Positions 1 to 8,503 of a stretch of 64,000 nucleotides of DNA are shown here, in pieces (position 1 is the stretch's first letter; every line of letters starts with the position of its first letter). Source of the DNA: Atribacterota bacterium (GTDB lineage: Bacteria; Atribacterota; Phoenicimicrobiia; Phoenicimicrobiales; Stramentimicrobiaceae); assembly GCA_040767965.1 (NCBI GenBank), contig JAXGNR010000004.1:384001-448000 (forward strand). Direction: 5' to 3'. The position numbers were made by a program, and so were the translations under genes. The notes beneath the pieces were generated by a model, which did no database searches, was not told where the DNA came from, and saw nothing but the letters and a program-made list of their open reading frames with translations.

Positions 1-69
1 AAAACAATCCTGCACCTATAGCCTAATCTTGCTAAAAATCTTTTTTAATAAACAATAAAGGAAAATTTA

Positions 70-112
70 AACGCATGGAGATTTTTAAATAAATGTCCAT
101 GCGTTATTTTTA
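70..112 (+). terminator. Intrinsic terminator-like hairpin upstream of the kor promoter
   Basis: AACGCATGGA (70-79) pairs with TCCATGCGTT (96-105); followed by ATTTTTT. Confidence 0.6.
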
Positions 113-184
113 TCTGGAATCTTTAATAGATTTGCAGCAACTACAATTTAACTTTCTTTCAATTGCAAACCATAAACCCGTATT

Positions 185-213
185 TTGACAATAAAGATAT
201 GAACTGCTATAAT
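185..213 (+). promoter_or_regulatory. sigma70-type promoter for the kor-suc-murI unit
   Basis: TTGACA (185-190), 17 bp spacer, TATAAT (208-213), with extended -10 TG. Confidence 0.85.
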
Positions 214-218
214 TTTAA

Positions 219-247
219 CAAATAATGAAAAACCATTTCATTATTTG
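219..247. promoter_or_regulatory. Palindromic operator, probable IclR/KdgR-family box
   Basis: CAAATAATGAAA-aacca-TTTCATTATTTG is a perfect 12-bp inverted repeat over the expected start site; resembles the KdgR box AATGAAACnnnGTTTCATT; IclR gene at 5939. Confidence 0.7.
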
Positions 248-285
248 AAACATTAAACAAAAAAAATAAATAGGATTGGGGTATT

Positions 286-1440
286 ATGTTTAGAAAAAAA
301 TTATCGGACTCTGGTCTAAAAATTCTACAAGGTAATGAAGCTTGTACTGAGGGGGCAATTGCCGCTGGATGCAAATTTTTTGCCGGCTACCCAATTACTC
401 CTGCTTCGGAAATTGCTGAACACATGGCTGCAAGAATCCCTCAAAGTGATGGTGTATTTGTGCAAATGGAAGACGAGTTGGGGTCAATCAATGCAATTAT
501 TGGTGCCCGCTGGGGCGGCAGTAAATCTATGACTGCAACTTCTGGACCTGGATTTAGCTTGATGCAGGAAGGATTAGGATATGGAATTATTACCGAAACT
601 CCTATTGTGATTGTTGATGTGCAACGAGGAGGCCCTTCTACTGGTCAACCTACTTCATCTTCCCAACAGGACATTTACCAAGCCAAATACGGATCTCATG
701 GGGATTATGAGCTAATAGCTTATGCACCTTCTTCAGTGCAGGAGATGTATGACTTTACTATAAAGGCTTTTAACCAAGCAGAAAAATATCGTGTGCCTGT
801 AATTATTTTAGCTGATGAGATTGTAGGACATATGCGTGAAAGGATTGTGATCCCGGAAGAAATAGAGATTGAAAAAAAAGAATCTCCATCTTTTTGCCAG
901 ACTCCTTATAGAGTAGACGAATCACTAATACCACCTTCAGTTGAGTTTTTCCAGGGGCATAATCTTATTATTGATGGACAGCTGCATGATGAAAGAGGGT
1001 TACGAGCTGCTCATTTGATCGATGTTAGTGAAAGATTAGTAAAAAGACTAAGTGAAAAGATACTGCAAAATATAGATGAAATAACAGATTTGGAAAGCTA
1101 TCAGACAGAAGATGCCTCCTTAATAGTGATAACTTATGGCAGTGTTGCCAGACCTTCCCTGGAGGCGGTTAAACAAGCTCGCTCTGCTGGTTTACCGGTA
1201 GGTTTTATTAAAATAAATACAGTCTGGCCTTTTCCAGAAAAAAAACTACAGGAGTTAACAGGAAAGTCCAATTCTATCATTGTACCAGAAATGAATCTGG
1301 GTAAATACTATCGGGAAATCAGAGGTGTTCTCAGAGATAAGAACATAATATCAATGCCTTTAGTAGGCGGGAATATTCACAAGCCTGTAGAAATCTTTAA
1401 TAAAATGAGGGAGGTATTTGATAATGCAAGAATTAGCTGA
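286..1440 (+). CDS. korA: 2-oxoacid:ferredoxin oxidoreductase alpha subunit (probably 2-oxoglutarate-specific)
   Basis: GNEA, AGYPITP, QMEDE, TATSGPG, QRGGPSTG motifs. Confidence 0.9.
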   Translation: MFRKKLSDSGLKILQGNEACTEGAIAAGCKFFAGYPITPASEIAEHMAARIPQSDGVFVQMEDELGSINAIIGARWGGSKSMTATSGPGFSLMQEGLGYGIITETPIVIVDVQRGGPSTGQPTSSSQQDIYQAKYGSHGDYELIAYAPSSVQEMYDFTIKAFNQAEKYRVPVIILADEIVGHMRERIVIPEEIEIEKKESPSFCQTPYRVDESLIPPSVEFFQGHNLIIDGQLHDERGLRAAHLIDVSERLVKRLSEKILQNIDEITDLESYQTEDASLIVITYGSVARPSLEAVKQARSAGLPVGFIKINTVWPFPEKKLQELTGKSNSIIVPEMNLGKYYREIRGVLRDKNIISMPLVGGNIHKPVEIFNKMREVFDNARIS

Positions 1441-2227
1441 AAAATATTTACGAAGAAATTCTCTGCCATTTATATTTTGCCCGGGGTGTGGTGACGGACA
1501 GATTCTTAATGCCACAATTAGAGCAATTGATTCCCTGGGGATAAAAGATAAAATAGCCTGTACCAGTGGAATAGGCTGTTCCGGATGGATACCGGTTTAT
1601 CTGGACTTAGACGTTATGCACACTGTGCACGGTAGGGCTATTCCAGTGGCAGAAGGATTAAAATTAAGTGCTCCCGAGAAAGATATTATTGTTTTTACCG
1701 GAGATGGAGATTGTATAGGAATTGGTGGAAACCATTTTATCCATGCAGCTCGAAGAAATATTGACCTAACTGTGGTTATGGTTAATAACTACATCTATGG
1801 AATGACAGGCGGGCAAAAAGCTCCAACAACACCACTGAAAGCAAAAACCAAAACCTCTCCATATGGCAATGAAGAAAGACCTTTTGATGGTGTGCAGCTG
1901 GCAATAGCTTCAGGGGCAACTTATGTAGCCCGTTGGAGCACATACCATATCCAGCAGTTGGAAAATTCAATTAAGAAGGCCTTGTTACATGAAGGATTTT
2001 CCTTTATCGAGGTATTATCTCAGTGTCCTGTCCAGGCCGGCAGGAATATCTTTAAAGAGAAAGATCCCTGGAAAATGATGCAGATATTCAAAAACAATAC
2101 AGTTCTCAAGGGAAAAGAAAAAAAAGGCGATCAGAGTAAAATAGTGATTGGGGAATTTGTCAACAAAGAAGAAAAGGAATATAGCCAATATTTAGCAGAT
2201 ATAAGGAGAGAAATAAATGAAAATTAA
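1424..2227 (+). CDS. korB: 2-oxoacid:ferredoxin oxidoreductase beta subunit (TPP-binding)
   Basis: FCPGCG, GIGCS, HGRA, GDGD...NN TPP motif; GGAGG precedes ATG 1424. Confidence 0.9.
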   Translation: MQELAEKYLRRNSLPFIFCPGCGDGQILNATIRAIDSLGIKDKIACTSGIGCSGWIPVYLDLDVMHTVHGRAIPVAEGLKLSAPEKDIIVFTGDGDCIGIGGNHFIHAARRNIDLTVVMVNNYIYGMTGGQKAPTTPLKAKTKTSPYGNEERPFDGVQLAIASGATYVARWSTYHIQQLENSIKKALLHEGFSFIEVLSQCPVQAGRNIFKEKDPWKMMQIFKNNTVLKGKEKKGDQSKIVIGEFVNKEEKEYSQYLADIRREINEN

Positions 2228-2432
2228 TATTGATGAACAATATTGTCAGGGATGCGGCATTTGTATCCATGTTTGTCCAAAAAATATTTTTCAACTCTCT
2301 GGCAAAAGAAGTAAAAGAGGTTATTTAATGCCTGAAACGGTCAATGAAGAAAATTGCATTGAATGTGGTTTATGTGAAAAGTATTGTCCTGATATCTGTA
2401 TAAATGTGGTAAAGGATAGGGTAAAAAAATGA
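2217..2432 (+). CDS. korD: 2x[4Fe-4S] ferredoxin-like delta subunit
   Basis: Two CxxCxxCxxxCP motifs. Confidence 0.9.
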   Translation: MKINIDEQYCQGCGICIHVCPKNIFQLSGKRSKRGYLMPETVNEENCIECGLCEKYCPDICINVVKDRVKK

Positions 2433-2971
2433 GAAAAGAAATAAGAATTTCAGGTTTTGGTGGACAAGGTGTAATTTTAAGCGGAATAATTTTAACACAA
2501 GCGCTAGGCCTGTATGAAAATAAAAAGGTTGCCCAAACTCAAAGTTATGGTCCTGAATCCAGAGGAGGTTCTTGCAAGTCAGAAATTGTCTTTTCGGATA
2601 ATGATATTGACTACATGAAAGTTGATAACCCGGACTATTTTTTAGCTTTTAACGAGATAAGTTACAAGAAATATATTCCCACACTATCAAAAGATTGTTA
2701 TATCCTGATTGACCAAACTTTTATCAGCGAAGTAAATTCAGAGTTTAAAAATGCACATAAAATCTATGCCACTAAAATTGCTGAGACAAAATTACGCGGA
2801 ATCGTGGCTAATTTGGTGATGCTGGGGGCTTTTGCGAAAACCAGTAATGTTGTTTCTTTTGAAGCTTTACAAAAAGCAGTACAAGATATTGTCCCTACTG
2901 CTTTTTGTAAAATGAACCTGGATGCTCTGGAAATCGGATATAAGGAAGTGGATAAAGATGAAGTGTTATGA
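2429..2971 (+). CDS. korC: 2-oxoacid:ferredoxin oxidoreductase gamma subunit
   Basis: IRISGFGGQG, QSYGPESRGG, NLVMLGA. Confidence 0.9.
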   Translation: MRKEIRISGFGGQGVILSGIILTQALGLYENKKVAQTQSYGPESRGGSCKSEIVFSDNDIDYMKVDNPDYFLAFNEISYKKYIPTLSKDCYILIDQTFISEVNSEFKNAHKIYATKIAETKLRGIVANLVMLGAFAKTSNVVSFEALQKAVQDIVPTAFCKMNLDALEIGYKEVDKDEVL

Positions 2972-4119
2972 ATATGAAGGGAAAAGAATATTCGAGAAAT
3001 ACAATATTCCTATTCAAAGAGGAGTTTTGGCAGAGAATATAGATGAAGCCCTTTCCTTTTTTCAGAAAATAAACAAGCCTTGTGTTCTCAAAGCTCAGGT
3101 CTTAAGCGGAAAAAGAGGGAAGGCTGGAGGAGTAAAATTTGCCGAAAATGAAGTTGAATTAAAAGAAAAATTTGCTGCAATTAAAGGGATGGATATTTAT
3201 GGTGAAAAAGTAGAACGTTTGCTGGTATTGGAAAAAATAGACATTCAGCAAGAATTATATTTGGGCATTACTATTGATCCGGTTAAAATGGCACCAGTTA
3301 TGATATTTTCTCCTTCAGGAGGGATGGATATTGAAGAAGTTGCCCAAAAGTATCCGGAAAAAATATATAAATTTGAATTAGCTGAGAACCTGCAAATTTA
3401 CCATTATTATGATATGTTAACAGCTCTGGATTTAGACAACTCTCTCATGTCTCAATTGGCAAAAATAATGAGCAAGCTTACAAAATTATGTTTTCAAACT
3501 GATGCTACTACAGTAGAAATAAATCCGCTGGTTATAACAGATGACAATACTTTAATTGCCGCAGATTCCAAGCTGGTTATTGATGATAGGCCTTGTTCAG
3601 ACAAAAGTATTTAGGGCTGGAAAAAAGATAGAAGACCCTAATCCTTTAGTACAAAGAGCTGAACAGGCTGGTTTATCTTATGTACCTCTGGATAAAACCG
3701 GTGATATCGGTTCCATTGCCGGGGGAGCAGGCCTCGCTATGTCTACTATGGATACTATAAGATATTACGGAGGAAAACCGGCCAATTTTTTAGATATAGG
3801 CGGGGGAGCCAGTGAAGAAAAAATGGCTGAAGCGATTAAAATAATTGCTTCTCAACAAGGAGTAAAAGGCCTTGTTATAAATGTTTTTGGCGGGATAAAC
3901 AATTGCGAGTTTATGGCTAAAGGAATCAGAAAAGCAATCATTGAAGATAATATAAAAATTAAAATGGTAGTAAAGATGCGTGGCCATTTTCAGGAAATTG
4001 GCTGGAATATATTAGAAGAAATGCAAATTCCGGTAATTAAATATGGAACTACCGAGGAAGCTGTTAAATTGCTATTGGATATCCTGGGAGGGAGTAAAGA
4101 AAATGTCAGTACTAGTTAA
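2958..4119 (+). pseudogene. sucC: Succinyl-CoA synthetase beta subunit, frameshifted near 3588-3630 (two -1 indels, possibly sequencing errors)
   Basis: YEYEGK, KAQVLSGKRGKAGG, EINPL in frame 1; ALFRQ in a second frame; GGAGLAMSTMD, PANFLDIGGG, NVFGGI in a third. Confidence 0.85.
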
Positions 4120-4966
4120 TAAAGATACTCAGGTTCTTGTTCAAGGTATTACCGGCACTCAAGGTCAGCTGCATACCAAATTGATGCTTGAATACAATGT
4201 TAAGGTTGTAGCAGGAGTTACCCCTGGTAAAAAAGGAGAAAAAGTCCATGGTATCCCGGTGTATAATACCATTATGCAGGCTAAAACAGATACTGCAGTG
4301 GATGCCTGCCTGATTCTAGTGCCGCCACCTTTCGTTTATTCAGCAGCCTGTGAAGCTATTGAAAATAAAATCCCTTTAATAGTTATAATTACCGAGCATG
4401 TTCCTGTGCATGATAGTATTCGTATTAGGAGAATGGCTCAACAGCATTCTATCAAATTAGTAGGACCAAATACAATAGGAGTAATTTCTCCCGGCAAGAG
4501 CAAGGTTGGCATCATGCCGGGTTATATTTATAGTGAAGGCAATATTGGAGTAATATCCCGCAGTGGTACTCTCACTCATGAGATTTCTTCTAACTTAACA
4601 TATCGAGGGCAAGGCCAATCCACCTGCATCGGTATTGGTGGAGATCCGGTAATCGGTCTGGATTTTATAGAAGCCTTTGAATTATTCCGTGATGACCCGG
4701 AAACAGAATCTTTGATTATGATTGGAGAAATAGGCGGTACCGGAGAGGAAAGAGCAGCTGAGTATATTAAACAATCAAAATATCCAAAACCTGTTTTTTC
4801 TTTTATTGCTGGACAAACAGCCCCTGAAGGGAAAAAAATGGGACATGCCGGAGCTATTGTTGGCAGAAATATGGGGTCTGCTAAATCAAAAATGCAAGCT
4901 CTATCCTCAGCAGGTGTGAAAAATGCTAATACCCTAGAAGAATTGCTGGACTTTGTTGCGAAATAA
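4103..4966 (+). CDS. sucD: Succinyl-CoA synthetase alpha subunit
   Basis: VQGITG, GVTPGK, GPNTIG, SRSGTLT, GIGGD, MGHAGA (phospho-His). Confidence 0.92.
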   Translation: MSVLVNKDTQVLVQGITGTQGQLHTKLMLEYNVKVVAGVTPGKKGEKVHGIPVYNTIMQAKTDTAVDACLILVPPPFVYSAACEAIENKIPLIVIITEHVPVHDSIRIRRMAQQHSIKLVGPNTIGVISPGKSKVGIMPGYIYSEGNIGVISRSGTLTHEISSNLTYRGQGQSTCIGIGGDPVIGLDFIEAFELFRDDPETESLIMIGEIGGTGEERAAEYIKQSKYPKPVFSFIAGQTAPEGKKMGHAGAIVGRNMGSAKSKMQALSSAGVKNANTLEELLDFVAK

Positions 4967-5079
4967 GCAGCAGTAAACCCAAATATTATTTATATTTATT
5001 TGTCATTAATCTAAAAATAATTCTATTTTGATTTATATAAATTATTTTAAATGAATTTATTTCATTCAAGGAGAAAGTT

Positions 5080-5895
5080 ATGAAAAGATTTGGTGCAATA
5101 GGTTTGTTTGATGCCGGTATAGGCGGTTTAAACATTGCTGATAGTATTTATAATAGATTTCCTGCTGAAAATATCATCTATTATGCAGATACTCTAAATT
5201 GGCCTTATGGAAATAAAAAACCTGAACAAATAATATCCTATAGCCTAAAAATAACCGATTATTTGAAAAGTGCACAGGGTTGTAAACTGGTTATTATTGC
5301 CTGCAATACTGCCTCTACTATTGCGGAAAAATTAGCAGCCAGTACTAATGAAATTCCGGTGTTAGGAACTATTGAAGCTACAGTTCAGGAAACTGCCCGC
5401 AAAACAAAAAGTAAAAAAGTAGGACTGCTGGCTACAGAAGGAACCATTGCCAGTGAGATATATCAAAAAATATTATGGGATACTTATCAGATAAAGACTG
5501 TAGATGTAGCAGGTATTGAATTATCCCCACTAGCAGAAAAAGGGGATTTTAAAAGCGAGAATACCTATCAGACCATCCTAAGATATCTGGAACCACTTTT
5601 AAAAGCCCAGGTGGATTCTATAATTCTAGGATGCACTCACTACTTGTATTTTCAATCAATTTTTGAAGAATTAAAAAAGCCGGGAATGGCCATTATTTCT
5701 CCTGCAAAAGGCATGTCTCAAGAAGTAGCTGATTTGCTGGAAAAATATACCTTGGCTTCTCCGTTGCCTGTCTGCAAGAGGAAAGTTAAATTTATTACCA
5801 GTAGCGAAAACGGTATTTCAAAAAATTTCCTTAAAAACAGCAAGCAGGTACTAAGTTTTAATCAAATGTCTTTTGAAGAAATCAATATTTTTTAA
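5080..5895 (+). CDS. murI: Glutamate racemase
   Basis: FDAGIGGL, PYGNK, IACNTAS and LGCTHY catalytic cysteines. Confidence 0.88.
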   Translation: MKRFGAIGLFDAGIGGLNIADSIYNRFPAENIIYYADTLNWPYGNKKPEQIISYSLKITDYLKSAQGCKLVIIACNTASTIAEKLAASTNEIPVLGTIEATVQETARKTKSKKVGLLATEGTIASEIYQKILWDTYQIKTVDVAGIELSPLAEKGDFKSENTYQTILRYLEPLLKAQVDSIILGCTHYLYFQSIFEELKKPGMAIISPAKGMSQEVADLLEKYTLASPLPVCKRKVKFITSSENGISKNFLKNSKQVLSFNQMSFEEINIF

Positions 5896-5938
5896 AATAT
5901 AAGTCAAGATAAATAATATTTCCAGGAGATAGCGTGAA

Positions 5939-6700
5939 ATGCCTGAACTTTCAAAAACAACACTTAGAACCCTTGATATATTAGAATTTTTAGCAAAATC
6001 AGAGAAACCTCTTTCTCTGGATGAAATAACTAAAAAAATAAACAAAAACAAAACAGCAGTTTTTCGCAGCTTACAAACCTTGATCTATAAAAACTATGTA
6101 GCCCAGGATAAGAATACCAACAAATATTTTGTCACTTTAAAATTAAGTACTTTGGGTAGAGAAGTAATGCAAAGAATTGATTTGGGTGAGATTGTATTTC
6201 CTTTCATGAAAGACTTGGTAGAAGAAGTCAATTTATCAGTTCACTGCTCTACCAGGGAAAGAAATGAAATAGTTTTTATTTATAATGTAGATCCATCTAA
6301 CAGCGATTTTAAGATATCCTTTGATCTGGGAAAGAGAAGCCCTATCTACTGTACTGCCGCAGGTAAGATTTTTTTAGCCTATCTTTCTGAAAATGATAGA
6401 GAAGAATTAATAGCAAATCTTAATTTTAAGCAATTTACCCAAAATACAATTACTGATCTGAACATATTACGTAAAGAGCTGGATCAAATTCTTAAAAAAG
6501 GATATGCTATTGATAATGAAGAACACAACCAGGGAATAATGTGTGTAGGTGCACCTATTAAAGATTATGATGGAAATGTTAATATAGCTATCAGTATTAT
6601 TGGATTAGCCAGCAATATAAAAAGCAAGGGAGTGCACAGATTAGGAAATATAATCAAAGAAACAGCTCTTCAAATCTCTCAGAAAATGAATTACAATTAA
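5939..6700 (+). CDS. IclR-family transcriptional regulator
   Basis: N-terminal wHTH, PIYCTAAGKIFLA, GYAIDNEEH...CVGAPI. Confidence 0.92.
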   Translation: MPELSKTTLRTLDILEFLAKSEKPLSLDEITKKINKNKTAVFRSLQTLIYKNYVAQDKNTNKYFVTLKLSTLGREVMQRIDLGEIVFPFMKDLVEEVNLSVHCSTRERNEIVFIYNVDPSNSDFKISFDLGKRSPIYCTAAGKIFLAYLSENDREELIANLNFKQFTQNTITDLNILRKELDQILKKGYAIDNEEHNQGIMCVGAPIKDYDGNVNIAISIIGLASNIKSKGVHRLGNIIKETALQISQKMNYN

Positions 6701-6752
6701 ATTTCCATTGTGGGTTTTTCTATTTATTTTTATTGTATGTGAGAGGGATAGT

Positions 6753-8369
6753 ATGAATATTGCAATTATCGGAACCGGCTATGTCGGTTTAGTAACAGGT
6801 ACCTGCTTAACCAATTTTGGATTATCTGTCACCTGTGTTGATAAAGACAAGAAAAAAATAGATTTATTAAAAAAAGGGGAAATGCCCATTTATGAGCCTG
6901 GTCTAAAAGAGCTAATCTTTAAAAATGTAAAAGAAAACCGCTTAAAATTTACCACTGACTTGAAAAAAGCGGTTGAAGAATCCCAGGTAATTTATATTGC
7001 AGTTGGTACTCCTCAAAGACATGATGGTTCAGCAAACTTGCAACAAGTCGAACGGGTAGCTAAAGATATCGGCAAGTATATTAATGGGTATAAAGTCATT
7101 GTAAATAAATGCACTGTACCAGTAGGAACCGCCCGAAAAATCAAACAAATAATAAGTGATAATTATAAGAATCCTTATATTTCTAGTCATTGCGAGCCTC
7201 CTTCTTCTGGTCATTGCGAGGAGCGAAGCGACGAAGCAATCCCATCAATTCAGCTCAAGTTGGTATTTCAAAAAAAGATAAGGATTCTCCCAGTCATTTC
7301 GATGATCTTTCTTCCGATTTTCATTACGAGAGTACACCATCAGAAGCAATCTGAGTTTACCTCTTCGTCATTGCGAGCGACCAAAGGGAGTGCGGAAATC
7401 TCCTCCTCTTCTTCTTACCCTTCTCCCTTGAGAGAAGATTCTCCTCATATTCCCTCTCCCTTGAGGGGAGAGGGCAGGGTGAGGGTGAAATATTCCTTCG
7501 ACATAATCTCAAATCCCGAATTCCTCCGTGAAGGTTCAGCTGTATACGACTTCACCCATCCAGATAAAATTGTAATCGGTTACGAATCAGAAAAAGCCAA
7601 AATGATAATGCAGGAAATATACCGTCCTTTGTATCTCCTGGACACACCTTTTATCTTTACAACCCTAGAAACAGCAGAGATGATAAAATATGCCTGCAAT
7701 GCTTTTCTGGCAACCAAAATTACCTTTATCAATGAAATAGCCAACTTATGTGATAGGGTAGGAGCAGATGTACATCAGATTGCTAAAGCTATGGGCATGG
7801 ATGGGCGTATCAGTCCAAAGTTTTTACATCCCGGTCCCGGGTATGGCGGATCATGTTTTCCAAAAGATACCAGGGCTTTACAAGTAATTGCAAATGATTA
7901 TAATTATGATTTTAAACTAATCAAAGCGGTAATAGAGGTTAATTGCAGACAAAGAAAAATTGTTGTTGAGAAAATTGAAAAATCACTCTGTACTCTAAGT
8001 GGAAAAACAATAGGTATTTTAGGACTGGCATTTAAACAAAATACTGACGATATCAGGGAATCAGCTGCTATTGATATCATAAAGATGCTATTGCAAAAAG
8101 GAGCCATAATTCGCTGCTTTGATCCTTTGGCAACAGAAAATACCCAAAAGATATTGCCAGAGCTAACCTATTGTCAGGACGAATATGAAGTAGCTAAAAA
8201 TGCTGATGCTTTAGTTGTTTTAACCGAATGGAATCAATTTCGAAACCTGGATTTGAGCAAAATAAAAAATTCAATGAAGAATAATTTTTTATTTGATATA
8301 AAAAATCTTTACGAACCTTCTAAGGTAAAAGAATTAGAGTTTAAATATTTAGGCATGGGAAGAAACTAG
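6753..8369 (+). CDS. ugd: UDP-glucose 6-dehydrogenase carrying a ~105-aa in-frame insertion
   Basis: GTGYVG, IAVGTP, SNPEFLREG, AEMIKYACN, GYGGSCFPKD, GLAFK...DDIRES. Confidence 0.92.
   Translation: MNIAIIGTGYVGLVTGTCLTNFGLSVTCVDKDKKKIDLLKKGEMPIYEPGLKELIFKNVKENRLKFTTDLKKAVEESQVIYIAVGTPQRHDGSANLQQVERVAKDIGKYINGYKVIVNKCTVPVGTARKIKQIISDNYKNPYISSHCEPPSSGHCEERSDEAIPSIQLKLVFQKKIRILPVISMIFLPIFITRVHHQKQSEFTSSSLRATKGSAEISSSSSYPSPLREDSPHIPSPLRGEGRVRVKYSFDIISNPEFLREGSAVYDFTHPDKIVIGYESEKAKMIMQEIYRPLYLLDTPFIFTTLETAEMIKYACNAFLATKITFINEIANLCDRVGADVHQIAKAMGMDGRISPKFLHPGPGYGGSCFPKDTRALQVIANDYNYDFKLIKAVIEVNCRQRKIVVEKIEKSLCTLSGKTIGILGLAFKQNTDDIRESAAIDIIKMLLQKGAIIRCFDPLATENTQKILPELTYCQDEYEVAKNADALVVLTEWNQFRNLDLSKIKNSMKNNFLFDIKNLYEPSKVKELEFKYLGMGRN
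7171..7488 (+). repeat. Stack of short palindromic REP/RPE-like elements inserted in frame in ugd
   Basis: GTCATTGCGAG at 7186, 7210 and 7367, degenerate at 7293 and 7320; full unit GTCATTGCGAGGAGCGAAGCGACGAAGCAATC at 7210-7241; CCCTCTCCCTTGAGGGGAGAGGGCAGGGTGAGGGTG at 7452-7487, partial copy at ~7418. Confidence 0.85.
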
Positions 8370-8503
8370 ATTTTTTACTAACTCTTAATTTTTATGATAA
8401 TTGTGAATATGTCTTAAAATTAACTATAAATTTGAAAAGATCGATAAACCAATAAGTATAATTAGAAAATGAAAAAAATATTTAATTTTTCGAAAGATGA
8501 TTC

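Noticed and set aside
5050-5066. AATGAA-N5-TTCATT before murI as a second IclR site
   Set aside because: Spacing is 2 bp shorter than the main operator and the arms are only 6 bp in AT-rich DNA
6708-6752. Upstream in-frame starts in the ORF track (ugd 6708, sucC 2922, sucD 4043, CapA 27588, GGR 36794, xerD 62781)
   Set aside because: Downstream starts match family N-termini and mostly have better SD sequences
7171-7488. ugd insertion as an intein
   Set aside because: No C/S-start block and no His-Asn end before C/S/T; it consists of short DNA palindromes
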